A DNA stretch of 64,000 bases from Alphaproteobacteria bacterium (GCA_965232515.1 CBDDPY010000002.1:832001-896000); one strand, 5' to 3'; shown: positions 1 to 11,006, numbered from the stretch's first letter. The notes: generated by a model not told the origin, from the letters alone. Program-made: numbers and translations.

Positions 1-2
1 CC

Positions 3-551
3 ACGGACGATCAACCACGCCGTCTCGAGGAATTGCGGGTGCTTGTGGTCGATCAAGAGCCTCACATGCGCAAGCTGATCCGCACGTTCCTGCGGTCGCT
101 GGGCATCGAGAAGATGCTCGAGGCCACCAGTGCGGAAGAGGCATTGACCACGCTGCGGGCGAGGGACATCGATCTTCTGCTGACCGAATGCATGATGAAG
201 CCGGACGATGGTTTCAGCCTGGTCCGTCAGATCCGTGGCGGCGTTGAAGGGGTCAACGACGAACTGCCCGTCATCATGATGTCGGGCCAGACCAGCAAGA
301 AACAGATCATCGACGCGCGCAATATCGGGGCCAACGAATTCGTCGCGAAGCCATTGTCCGCCAAGGTCTTACGCCAACGTTTGGAGGCAATTGTCGAGCG
401 GCCGCGGCCGTTCGTCCGCACCCGAAAATATACCGGCCCGTGCCGCCGCCGGCGCGCGGCGGATAACTATGCGGGCCCGGAACGCCGCGGCAACGACGAA
501 GCAACCGAGATGTCGCAGGACGACATCAACGATCTGCTGGATTCGCTTTAG
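3..551 (+). CDS. CheY-like receiver protein with Cle-type Arg-rich tail (5' end probably upstream of the window)
   Basis: Receiver motifs VLVVD, IMMSG, FVAKP. The frame is open from nt 3 (TDDQPRRLEELRVLVVD). Tail carries YTGPCRRRR and YAGPERR. Confidence 0.85.
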   Translation, partial: TDDQPRRLEELRVLVVDQEPHMRKLIRTFLRSLGIEKMLEATSAEEALTTLRARDIDLLLTECMMKPDDGFSLVRQIRGGVEGVNDELPVIMMSGQTSKKQIIDARNIGANEFVAKPLSAKVLRQRLEAIVERPRPFVRTRKYTGPCRRRRAADNYAGPERRGNDEATEMSQDDINDLLDSL

Positions 552-600
552 GCCGGGTACTCAAAAACGGCGATAGCCATTTTGTCCCTTTGACGAAAAG

Positions 601-999
601 TCACGAGGTGACGGGATGGCCATCGAACTGTTTTGCATCGTCACAGATTTCGTACCACGAGGGCTTTTCGGCGACAAACTCGTGGAACCGGTTTCTCAGG
701 CTCAGGTCACTGTCCAGGGCATTCGCCGCAATCGGAAAGCTATCTGCTTCCGAAAGGACTTCGCCGAGCGATGTGCCACAGATTCTGCAGAAGCAACGAC
801 CGTATTTGTAAGGGGAGACCGGCTCGAAGAGTTGGACGTGATCCCGCCCCCGAATCCACTTCAGGTCCTCCTTCTTGACGAAAACGATGGTGCTCGCGCC
901 AAGCTTGCGGCACCTGGTGCAATGACACGTCCCCATCATTGATGGTTCGGCCAAGAGCTCGAACTTGACCGCTCCACAACAACAGCTTCCACTAATCAT
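601..999 (-). CDS. GFA (glutathione-dependent formaldehyde-activating) family Zn protein
   Basis: GSCCCGAV, CHCTRCRK and FCRICGT Cys motifs. Start set at MISGSC (999). Confidence 0.85.
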   Translation of the reverse strand: MISGSCCCGAVKFELLAEPSMMGTCHCTRCRKLGASTIVFVKKEDLKWIRGRDHVQLFEPVSPYKYGRCFCRICGTSLGEVLSEADSFPIAANALDSDLSLRNRFHEFVAEKPSWYEICDDAKQFDGHPVTS

Positions 1000-1208
1000 C
1001 AAGAAAATCCCCGAGTTCAAAAAGCGCATCTCGCAACAGAACAATATAAGAACATTTGAGGTCGATCAATATCAGGATTGGACTCTCTGGAGACGATCGG
1101 CTTACGGAACGCGGTATGAGAAGCAGACGGCCATTCACCTGCGGCGCCGCGTTTAGGCGGACACGGCTGAGTGGGTTTGCCCAAGTCCTGGCACGGGCTC
1201 AGTTCCGG

Positions 1209-1736
1209 TCAGGAACCGCTCCGGGCCACATGCGCACGGAACACGTGCGCCAGGTTTTCGCTGGTGTTGGCGCCGACGAGCACCTCGCGCCTTTTGCCCT
1301 CGCCATCGAACAAAAGCAACGTGATGTGACCGACGCCGTGCGCGCCCGCCAGCTGGCGGCCTTTGGCGCTGCGGATGTTGGCGACGAGATACTGCAGCTC
1401 GCCGTCGTCGAACTCGGCCATGGCGTCCCGCGTCTCGCGTTGCAGCGCCGCGCAACGCGGGCACTGGGGATCGTGGATCTGAACCACGGCGGGTATGCCG
1501 TTGCCGATCCGGGAGAGGTCCTCTTCCCGAATGGTCGCCCGCACTTCCTCGATCAGATACCAGCCGGCGCCACCGACCACGGCGACGATCAGCGCGCGGT
1601 TGCCCATTTTTCTCAGGAAATCCCGACGGGTCGCCGTGTTTTGAGCGCCGTCGGCGGTTTGCGCCAATTCTGCGGCAGGCTGATGCGGGGCTTTTGGCCC
1701 GTTGTTCCGTTTAACCTTGTGTTTTTGTTTCTTCAT
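1209..1736 (-). CDS. Thioredoxin-fold protein with Tat-like signal/anchor
   Basis: TRRDFLRK followed by a hydrophobic segment; HDPQCPRC CxxC motif. Start uncertain (1736 or 1814). Confidence 0.7.
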   Translation of the reverse strand: MKKQKHKVKRNNGPKAPHQPAAELAQTADGAQNTATRRDFLRKMGNRALIVAVVGGAGWYLIEEVRATIREEDLSRIGNGIPAVVQIHDPQCPRCAALQRETRDAMAEFDDGELQYLVANIRSAKGRQLAGAHGVGHITLLLFDGEGKRREVLVGANTSENLAHVFRAHVARSGS

Positions 1737-1885
1737 CGCGCTTCGCTGCCCCAGGTTCGGTCCCTCATACGGCACATCTGGCCGTGTTCCGGCCTTGGTC
1801 CGGCCGTCATTCACCCACTGACTCCTAAGGGATAACGAGGGGTCCGACCGGATGGTTCCGTTCGGGCGAATTCAGGATCACTGTT

Positions 1886-1917
1886 CAAAGCAAAGGGCGG
1901 ACCAGAACGGTCCGCCC
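1886..1917 (-). terminator. Intrinsic terminator downstream of katG
   Basis: 9-bp stem GGGCGGACC/GGTCCGCCC (1895-1917) followed by TTTGCTTTG on the minus strand. Confidence 0.6.
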
Positions 1918-1995
1918 AAAGCACTTACGGCAAAAACGATGCCGTTGATGTGGAGAAGGCCCCCGACGTGTTGTTCGAGGGCCTTCCCGCTGAGT

Positions 1996-4194
<2,199 letters not shown>

Positions 4195-4199
4195 TCATT

Positions 4200-4243
4200 T
4201 TTGGAATGGTTCTAATGAAATAGTATTTTAGAATCATTCTAAC
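4200..4243. promoter_or_regulatory. Two Irr-binding iron control elements (ICE) upstream of katG
   Basis: TTTGGAA-TGG-TTCTAAT (4200-4216) and TTTAGAA-TCA-TTCTAAC (4227-4243) versus consensus TTTRGAA-N3-TTCYAAA. Confidence 0.75.
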
Positions 4244-4382
4244 AAGAGGCTTGACGCAAAGTTTATCGATCGGATGGATGGATTGCCGTTGAGCCATGGA
4301 GGACAGCGTAGGTGCCGGCCTGTCGGATCGACGGCCTGACGGGGCTGTTGATTACATTGCGCGGTAAGGAAGCGCGCCGCAT

Positions 4383-4622
4383 TCAACTTAAGAAGCGCTT
4401 GAAGGCAAATGCTTTGCCTGACCCAGACTTGAAATACCGTTCCAAGTCTCTTGCTGTCTTCTCGCTCTGGACGGCCACGTATGACTGCAAGGTCATGGGT
4501 CGGTGAGCTTTGGTCGATGCGACGGCACCATGCTGATGCGAGGCAATTCGTCGTCGTAGGTCGTTGCTTGACCCGACGTAGATGTCACCGTTTCTTAGCT
4601 TAAGAAAGTAGACATACCACAC
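4383..4622 (-). CDS. Small stand-alone GIY-YIG nuclease family protein
   Basis: YVYFLK...IYVGSSNDLRRRIASH...ERYFKSGSG; GTG start with GGAGGGAG upstream. Confidence 0.9.
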   Translation of the reverse strand: MWYVYFLKLRNGDIYVGSSNDLRRRIASHQHGAVASTKAHRPMTLQSYVAVQSEKTARDLERYFKSGSGKAFAFKRFLS

Positions 4623-4631
4623 TTAATGCCG

Positions 4632-4743
4632 GTCTCCCTCCGCTCCATGCGGAGCTACGGGAGACACTCCTACGACTAAACGCCTTCGGGCGCCAGACCA
4701 CCAGGGTGGCCTGCCGCCCGAAGCCGAAGGCGTAGGGTGGCGG
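4632..4743. repeat. Inverted pair of REP-like hairpins between tRNA-Ser and GIY-YIG
   Basis: GTCTCCC-tcc-GCTCC-atgc-GGAGC-tac-GGGAGAC (4632-4665) and CTGCCGCCC-gaa-GCC-gaa-GGC-gta-GGGTGGCGG (4711-4743). Confidence 0.6.
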
Positions 4744-4828
4744 AGGGAGTGGGATTCGAACCCACGAGACGCTTTTGACGCCTACTCCCTTAGCAGGGGA
4801 GCGCCTTCGACCACTCGGCCATCCCTCC
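4738..4828 (-). tRNA. tRNA-Ser(GCT)
   Basis: Acceptor stem GGAGGGA/TCCCTCC, anticodon arm CTCCC-CT-GCT-AA-GGGAG, long variable arm, GGTTCGAATCC T-loop, encoded CCA. Confidence 0.97.
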
Positions 4829-4935
4829 GGTCACGGTTAATGCCGGACCAACGGCGTTTTAGCCGTCAGCCCCGATTTGCGCAAGTTGCCTTATGCTTGG
4901 GCCAGTCAACGGGCAGTTAAAGGCGGAGAAACGAC

Positions 4936-5907
4936 ATGAAGGCAGCCGTGTTGGGCGATGACGACCTGGAGATCCGGGATGTGCCGAAGCCGGCGCCCGG
5001 ACCGGATGAGATCCTGGTGCGGGTGCGCGCCGGCGCGCTCAACCGCGCCGATCTGATCATCGCCAGCGGCCGGGCCCACGGCGCGCTGGGCGGCGCCGGC
5101 ACGGTCATGGGCCTCGAATGGGCCGGTGACGTCGAGGCGGTCGGCAGCGAGGTCGAGGGCCTGAAACCGGGCGACCGGGTGATGTGTTCCGGCACCGCCG
5201 GCTGGGCCGAATACGCCGTCTGCGACCATGGCCGCGCCATGAGAATTCCGGACGACGGCATGTCCTACGAACAGGCGGCGACGCTGCCGGTGGCCTTGAG
5301 CACCATGCATGACGCCATCGTCACCAATGGAGGGTTGAAGGCTGAGCAGGCCGTGCTGATCCAGGGCGCCAGTTCGGGCGTCGGCTTGATGGGACTGCAG
5401 ATCGCCCGCCATCTGGGCGCGGCTCTGGTCATCGGCAGCTCGACGCATACCGGTCGACGGGGCCGCTTGTCCGAGTTCGGCGCCGATCTGGCCGTCGATT
5501 CCAGCGATCCCGGCTGGGTCGGCCAGGTGCTGGAGGCGACCGGCGGCGACGGCGTCGACCTGATCGTCGATCAGATCTCAGGCGTGGTCGCCAATCAGAA
5601 CCTGCGCGCCACCCGGATTTGTGGACGCATCGTCAATGTCGGCCGCCTCGGCGGTTTCACCGGCAACTTCGACTTCGACCTGCATGCGGCCCGCCGGATC
5701 GCCTATATCGGCGTCACCTTCCGCACCCGCTCGATCGACGAAGTACGCGAGATCTTCCGCCGTATGGCGGCCGATCTGGGCGAGGCCGTTCGCGACGGCG
5801 GGCTGGAGTTGCCGATCGACCGGTCGTTTCCGCTTGACGATGCCGGCAGGGCACTCGCCCATATGAAGGCGAACGCCCACTTCGGCAAGATCGTGCTGAC
5901 GGTTTAG
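4936..5907 (+). CDS. NADPH:quinone oxidoreductase (MDR family)
   Basis: LNRADL, GLEWAG, GASSGVG, HFGKIVL. Confidence 0.9.
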   Translation: MKAAVLGDDDLEIRDVPKPAPGPDEILVRVRAGALNRADLIIASGRAHGALGGAGTVMGLEWAGDVEAVGSEVEGLKPGDRVMCSGTAGWAEYAVCDHGRAMRIPDDGMSYEQAATLPVALSTMHDAIVTNGGLKAEQAVLIQGASSGVGLMGLQIARHLGAALVIGSSTHTGRRGRLSEFGADLAVDSSDPGWVGQVLEATGGDGVDLIVDQISGVVANQNLRATRICGRIVNVGRLGGFTGNFDFDLHAARRIAYIGVTFRTRSIDEVREIFRRMAADLGEAVRDGGLELPIDRSFPLDDAGRALAHMKANAHFGKIVLTV

Positions 5908-7112
5908 GGCGCTTCCGGCAACGCGTCGCAGACCGACTCCAGGATCTCGAGCATCCGGTCGACCTCGTCGGTCGTGACCGTCAGCGCCGGCATGAATCTG
6001 AGACTATCCGGACGGGGCGCGTTCAACAGCAGGCCGGCGTCGAGCGCGGCCTCCACGATCGCCGGCCCGACGGGCTGTTTCAGGTCGAGCGCCAGCAGCA
6101 GGCCTTTGCCGCGCACCGCGCCGAAGCCGTGGCGGGCGGCAAGCGCGGTCAGACCCTTCTGCAAATGCTTGCCGGTTTCGGCGACCCGGTTGAGAAAGCC
6201 GGGCTTGATCAACTCGTTCAGGACGGCGAGGCCGCCCGCCGTCATCAACGGATTGCCATTGAAGGTGCCGCCCTGGTCGCCGTAGGCGAAACAGGAGGCG
6301 TCATCGCTGGCCAACAACGCGGCCAGCGGCAGGCCGCCGCCCATGCCCTTGCCCAACGTCAGGATGTCGGGGGTGATGCCGACATGCTCGTAGGCAAAGA
6401 GCGTGCCGGTGCGGCCCATGCCGGTCTGGATCTCGTCCAGGATCAGCAGGATGCCGCGATTTTTCGTGAGTTGCCGCAAGTCCTTGAGATAGCCGTCATC
6501 GGCCGGGATGACGCCGGCCTCGCCCTGGATCGGCTCCAGCATCACGGCGACGGTCTTGTCGGTGATGGCGGCCTCGACGGCGGCGATGTCGTTGAGCGGC
6601 ACCTTGGGAAAGCCCGGCACCTTGGGCGCGAAGAGTTCGTCCCAGCCGGCCTTGCCCGAGGCCGACATGGTGGCAAGCGTGCGGCCGTGGAAGCCGCCCT
6701 CTGTGGTGATGATTTCGTAGGCGCCGTCGCGATGGAGGCTGCCCCATTTCCGGGCGAGCTTGATCGCGCCTTCATTGGCCTCGGCGCCGCTGTTGGCGAA
6801 GAACACCTGGTCGAGGCCGCTGGCCGCGGTCAGCGCTTCGGCCAGCTTGAGCATGGCGTCGTTGTAGAAGGCCGGACTGCAGTTGATCAGCTTCGCGGCC
6901 TGGTCGCCGAGCGCCTCGAGAAGCGGCTTCGGGCTGTGGCCGAGGCAGTTGACGGCCCAGCCCTGCACGAAATCGAGATAAGTCTTGCCGTTCCGGTCGG
7001 TCAGCCAGGAGCCTTCGCCATGGGTGAAGACGATGGCCGGTCGATTGGCGATCTGCATCAGAGGCGAGAAGTCGGTTGCCGTCGGTTTTGGCGGCTGATG
7101 CGGAATGTTCAC
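5904..7112 (-). CDS. argD: Acetylornithine aminotransferase
   Basis: [48 protein letters not shown] start at 7112 after GGAGGA. Confidence 0.85.
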   Translation of the reverse strand: MNIPHQPPKPTATDFSPLMQIANRPAIVFTHGEGSWLTDRNGKTYLDFVQGWAVNCLGHSPKPLLEALGDQAAKLINCSPAFYNDAMLKLAEALTAASGLDQVFFANSGAEANEGAIKLARKWGSLHRDGAYEIITTEGGFHGRTLATMSASGKAGWDELFAPKVPGFPKVPLNDIAAVEAAITDKTVAVMLEPIQGEAGVIPADDGYLKDLRQLTKNRGILLILDEIQTGMGRTGTLFAYEHVGITPDILTLGKGMGGGLPLAALLASDDASCFAYGDQGGTFNGNPLMTAGGLAVLNELIKPGFLNRVAETGKHLQKGLTALAARHGFGAVRGKGLLLALDLKQPVGPAIVEAALDAGLLLNAPRPDSLRFMPALTVTTDEVDRMLEILESVCDALPEAP

Positions 7113-7204
7113 GTTGCTGTCCTCCGGTTTGGGCCACCGGGGACAGGCACGAACATCAACCGCTCGACCGATCACTCGGTGGCGGTGCGAAATCTGAATG
7201 TGAA

Positions 7205-7281
7205 AAAGAAAAAGAGGTTGGCCGCCCGCCCGTCAGTAGGCGCGACGTCGCTCGCGGTTTGTCTGTGCAGCGGTTCCAACC
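7205..7281 (-). terminator. Putative attenuator hairpin and U-tract in the argD leader
   Basis: GGTTGG-aa-CCGCT can pair with GGCGG-CCAACC, followed directly by TCTTTTTCTTTTT on the minus strand. Confidence 0.55.
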
Positions 7282-7283
7282 AT
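7233..7283 (-). CDS. Putative Arg-rich leader peptide MVGTAAQTNRERRRAY (16 aa)
   Basis: ATG 7283 to TGA 7233 with CGC GAG CGA CGT CGC near the end; lies upstream of an arginine-biosynthesis gene. Confidence 0.65.
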   Translation of the reverse strand: MVGTAAQTNRERRRAY

Positions 7284-7290
7284 GGCCGGG

Positions 7291-7318
7291 ACCATAGCGG
7301 CATCGCTTTGGATTGCAA
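7291..7318 (-). promoter_or_regulatory. Putative sigma70 promoter of the argD leader
   Basis: TTGCAA-N16-TATGGT, then 7 nt to the ATG at 7283. Confidence 0.5.
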
Positions 7319-7333
7319 GTACCATTCGCGGCG

Positions 7334-8689
7334 TCAACTGGCGCGCCGACCCACGAACCAAAGCCCGGCGCCGCAAAGGCCGGCAATGAGGCCGGCCCAG
7401 ACGAAGACGGTCTGGTGGCCGGCGAGAAAGGCTGAAAGTGGATCGACGCCCGTCGCCAGCGCCTGGCGTTCAATCAGTTCGAACAGCAGCGTGCTGGCCG
7501 TTGCGCCCGAGACGAAACCCAACGTGCGCGTGACCATGGCGAGACTGCCGGCGACGCCGCGCTGCGCGCGCGGCACGGTCTCGACGACGATGTCGAGCGT
7601 CGCGACCTGAAACAACCCCTGACCGAAGCCATGCAGGAACAGTATCGCGATCAGTGCGATTAGACCTGTACCGGCCGACCAACCGGACATCATCAGTAGC
7701 GCCATGGCCATCAGCGCCGCGCCGGCGGCCGCAATGCGGCCCGACGGCATGCGGCGCATGGCCCGGCCGCCGAGGTCGCTGCCGACGGCCATGCCAAGCG
7801 GCGACAGTGCCAGCAGCAGCCCGCCGGTGCCGGCGCTGAAGTCGTGCACCTGCAAGAGGAAGTAGGGTGTCAGCATCCAGACGGCGAAGCCGGCCATCTG
7901 CACCAGAATGCTGCTGATGTTGACGAAGACGAACCCGCCATGCCGGAACAGAGTCATGTCGATGACCGGCGCTGCGATCCGTCTCTCATGCCAGACGAAA
8001 GCAATCAGGCCGATGACGGCGATGCCGAGGAAGAGGGTGGCATCGCTCGCGCGGTTCGGCGCCAGCAGTAGCGCGGCAAGCGATGCGGCAATCAGCGCCG
8101 TGCCGGTCAGGTCGAATCGTTGGCCGTCAGACGGCGCAGGGGTCCCGGCAAGTCCACGCAACAACAAAAGACCGGCAAGAACGATCGGCAGGCGGAACCA
8201 AAACACCGTGGGCCAACCGCCGTAGTCGACCAGCACGCCGCCGATCAACGGCCCGGCGGCGGCGGCGAGACCGAACATCATGGTGTAGGCAGCCAGCATG
8301 CGGCCGCGCTGGGCTTCCGGAAAGCCGAGCGTGATGAGGGCCGGCCCGCAGGCAAGCGTGAGCGCGGCGCCGATCCCCTGGACGACCCGGAAAGCCAGGA
8401 ACCAGCCAAAGCTGGGCGCTGCCGCGCAGAGCGCCAGACCGACGGCGTTGCAGATCAGTCCGGCGGCGAATACGCGGCGGTGACCGAAGATGTCGCCCAG
8501 CCGACCGAAGCCCAGCATCAGGCTGGCATAGGTCAGCACATAGCAGACGACGACCCATTGGATGTCGGGCAGCGACAGCGCGAAGGCGGCGGTGATATCG
8601 GGAAACGCGATATTGACCGCCGTGTCGAACGGCGCCGACGCCGTGCCCAGGCCGACGACAAGCGCCGTCCGGACCTGCGCCCGCGTCAT
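7334..8689 (-). CDS. MFS transporter (DHA2-like)
   Basis: GRLGDIFGHRR motif A, RVVQGIG, many TM segments. Confidence 0.9.
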   Translation of the reverse strand: MTRAQVRTALVVGLGTASAPFDTAVNIAFPDITAAFALSLPDIQWVVVCYVLTYASLMLGFGRLGDIFGHRRVFAAGLICNAVGLALCAAAPSFGWFLAFRVVQGIGAALTLACGPALITLGFPEAQRGRMLAAYTMMFGLAAAAGPLIGGVLVDYGGWPTVFWFRLPIVLAGLLLLRGLAGTPAPSDGQRFDLTGTALIAASLAALLLAPNRASDATLFLGIAVIGLIAFVWHERRIAAPVIDMTLFRHGGFVFVNISSILVQMAGFAVWMLTPYFLLQVHDFSAGTGGLLLALSPLGMAVGSDLGGRAMRRMPSGRIAAAGAALMAMALLMMSGWSAGTGLIALIAILFLHGFGQGLFQVATLDIVVETVPRAQRGVAGSLAMVTRTLGFVSGATASTLLFELIERQALATGVDPLSAFLAGHQTVFVWAGLIAGLCGAGLWFVGRRAS

Positions 8690-8707
8690 GACCGGGCGCC
8701 GGTCGGG

Positions 8708-9070
8708 TCAGCCGGCGCGATGCGTGACCTTGCGCAAGACGTGGCGGCGGTTCTTGGTGTAGGGCCGGACCTCGGCGGGCCAGCGGCCGGCCTCGACGGC
8801 CTCGGCCCAGGCGTCGCTCAGCAGCACGTCGGGGCTCTCGATCTCGTAGAGCGCCGTGTAGCTCGGCTCGCCCTCGGCGACGATGTCCTTGCGCTCGCCG
8901 CCGATGATCATGCTCAAGGGTTCGGACTTGAGCCGCGTCGCCGCGACCACGCCCGGTACCTTGAGCACGCTCGGGATGTGCTCTTCGTCATAGACCTCGT
9001 TGAACAGGTCTTCCTTGTCGGCGTCGACGTCCATGCTGACGAACAGCAGGTAGTTCGATTGGACCGGCAC
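8708..9070 (-). CDS. Small EthD/DUF4286-like dimeric alpha/beta-barrel protein
   Basis: FNEVYDEEHIP...VPGV...YTALYEIES pattern; GGAGA SD. Confidence 0.7.
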   Translation of the reverse strand: MPVQSNYLLFVSMDVDADKEDLFNEVYDEEHIPSVLKVPGVVAATRLKSEPLSMIIGGERKDIVAEGEPSYTALYEIESPDVLLSDAWAEAVEAGRWPAEVRPYTKNRRHVLRKVTHRAG

Positions 9071-9113
9071 GCTTGTTCTCCTCGTTTTCGATGTCAGTTG
9101 GCGGTAGAGCCGA

Positions 9114-11006
9114 TCACTCCGCGGCTGAAGCCGAGGCGCGGGTCATCCATTTCTGGAACACCGGCGCTTCCGGCGGATCGAGGTGCGTGTCGGCCCGGCA
9201 GCGCGCCTTCAGTTCCTCGACCGTGCCGCCGAAGTCGAACAGCTTGACGTTGCCGCGCTCGCTGCCCATTCGGCGGCGCAAGTCTTCGGTGGCGCGCGCG
9301 TCGACCTGGCCCTTGTTGTCCAGCACCACGCCATAGCGGCGGGCGCCGTCGGCCGTCACCAGGCCGCGGTCGACGTCGAGCGCGACTTGTTCCGCATCGC
9401 GCTGCAGCGGGTCGCCCCATCCACCGCCGCCCCAGGTGTTGAAGTAGAGTGTGTCGCCGGCCTCGACCTTGATGCGGTCGCACTTCGAGACCATCCATTC
9501 CTCGCTGCCGTCAGCGCGGACCATCAGCTTGTGGCTGCGGGCGCCGGGCAGGCCGCCATTGACGCCCCAGGGATGGGTCAGCCAGCGGTCGTCGTGGATC
9601 GAGATCTCGCCGGGCTCGAGGAACTGATAGCCCATGGAAAGGCCGTTGCCGCCGCGATGCAGGCCCGGTCCGCCGCTGTCGGCGATGGTTTCGTACTTGA
9701 CGATACGCAGCGGGAAATAGGCCTCCAGGAACTCGTTCGGCACGTTGGTGAAGGCGGGCCAGAGCGAATGGCCGTCCGGGCCGTCGCCGGCAGGCCGGCC
9801 GGGAATACCGCCGAAGCCGATCTGGTAGAGCTGGTACCACTCGCCGTTCTTGTCGTAGCCCGAATACATGAAGTGCGGGCTGTCGGAGAAACCGGCGGCG
9901 CAGAGCGCGTCCGGCGAGCCCTGGCCCAGCAGACCGCTCATGATGTCGAAGATGCGGCCGAGCAGGTGGGTACGGCAGCTCAAGGCCGCGGGGCGGATCG
10001 GCTTCAGGATGGTGCCGCGCGGGATGCGCACGTCGACCAGGTCGTAGAAGCCGTCGTTGAACAGGATCTGCGGGTCGAACATGTTGATGAAGAAGGCGCC
10101 CAGGAACATCTTGAACATCTCTTCGTTCAACAGGAAGTTCACCGAGCTGATCGACTGCGGATCGGTGCCCTCGAAGTCGAAGATGCAGCGGTCGCCCTCG
10201 CGCCAGAGCGTACAGGCGATCTTGTACGGGCCCATGCCGACGCCGTCGTCGTCGATATAGTCCTCGAAATACTGCTTCTCCTCGGGCACCACCATTTTCA
10301 GGATCGCTCCCATGGCGCGCTTGTTGCGCTCCAGCATCTCGTCGGTGGCGGCGATGTAGGTGTCGACACCGAAACGCTCGCAGATTTCCTTGACCCGGCG
10401 CTCGGCCAGACGCAGCGCGGCGATCACGGCATTGAAGTCGGAGCGGTTCCAGTCCGGCAGCCGGCAGTTGCGCAGGATCAGTTCCAGGATTTCCTGGTTC
10501 AGCTCGCCCTTGCGGTAGATCTTCACCGGCGGGATCTGGATGCCTTCCTCGAACAGCTGCGCCGCATCCGTCGGCAGGCTGCCCGGCACCTTGCCGCCGA
10601 TGTCGGTCATGTGCCCGAACATCGCCGCCCAGGCGACCATGCGGCCGTCGATGTAGATCGGCATCATGGTCAGCCAGTCGTTCAGGTGGCTGATCGCGCC
10701 GTTACAGCTATAGGGATCGTTGGTCAGGAAGATATCGCCTTCCTCGATTTCGCCGTCATAGCCCTGCTGGAAGCCCCAGAAGAACGAGCCGAACTGGCCG
10801 ACGACCATCTTGCCTTCGTTGTTGGCGATCATCGGAAAGGCGTCGTGCTGCTCGCGGATGCCGGGCGACATGGCCGTGCGGAACAGCACCGCGTCCATCT
10901 CGTCGCGGGCGTTGCGCAGCGCGTTCTCGACGATGTCGAGGGTGATCGGATCGAGCTCGACCTTGCTGAACGGGGTCGTGTTGGTCTGAATGATTTTCGC
11001 GGGCAT
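9114..11006 (-). CDS. Hydantoinase B/oxoprolinase family subunit
   Basis: TNDPY, HLND, HMTDIGG, EEGIQIPP, GGGGWGDP. Confidence 0.93.
   Translation of the reverse strand: MPAKIIQTNTTPFSKVELDPITLDIVENALRNARDEMDAVLFRTAMSPGIREQHDAFPMIANNEGKMVVGQFGSFFWGFQQGYDGEIEEGDIFLTNDPYSCNGAISHLNDWLTMMPIYIDGRMVAWAAMFGHMTDIGGKVPGSLPTDAAQLFEEGIQIPPVKIYRKGELNQEILELILRNCRLPDWNRSDFNAVIAALRLAERRVKEICERFGVDTYIAATDEMLERNKRAMGAILKMVVPEEKQYFEDYIDDDGVGMGPYKIACTLWREGDRCIFDFEGTDPQSISSVNFLLNEEMFKMFLGAFFINMFDPQILFNDGFYDLVDVRIPRGTILKPIRPAALSCRTHLLGRIFDIMSGLLGQGSPDALCAAGFSDSPHFMYSGYDKNGEWYQLYQIGFGGIPGRPAGDGPDGHSLWPAFTNVPNEFLEAYFPLRIVKYETIADSGGPGLHRGGNGLSMGYQFLEPGEISIHDDRWLTHPWGVNGGLPGARSHKLMVRADGSEEWMVSKCDRIKVEAGDTLYFNTWGGGGWGDPLQRDAEQVALDVDRGLVTADGARRYGVVLDNKGQVDARATEDLRRRMGSERGNVKLFDFGGTVEELKARCRADTHLDPPEAPVFQKWMTRASASAAE

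Noticed and set aside
1045-1200. Possible cassette-type recombination site next to the GFA gene
   Set aside because: No convincing attC-like inverted core or second copy could be identified by eye.
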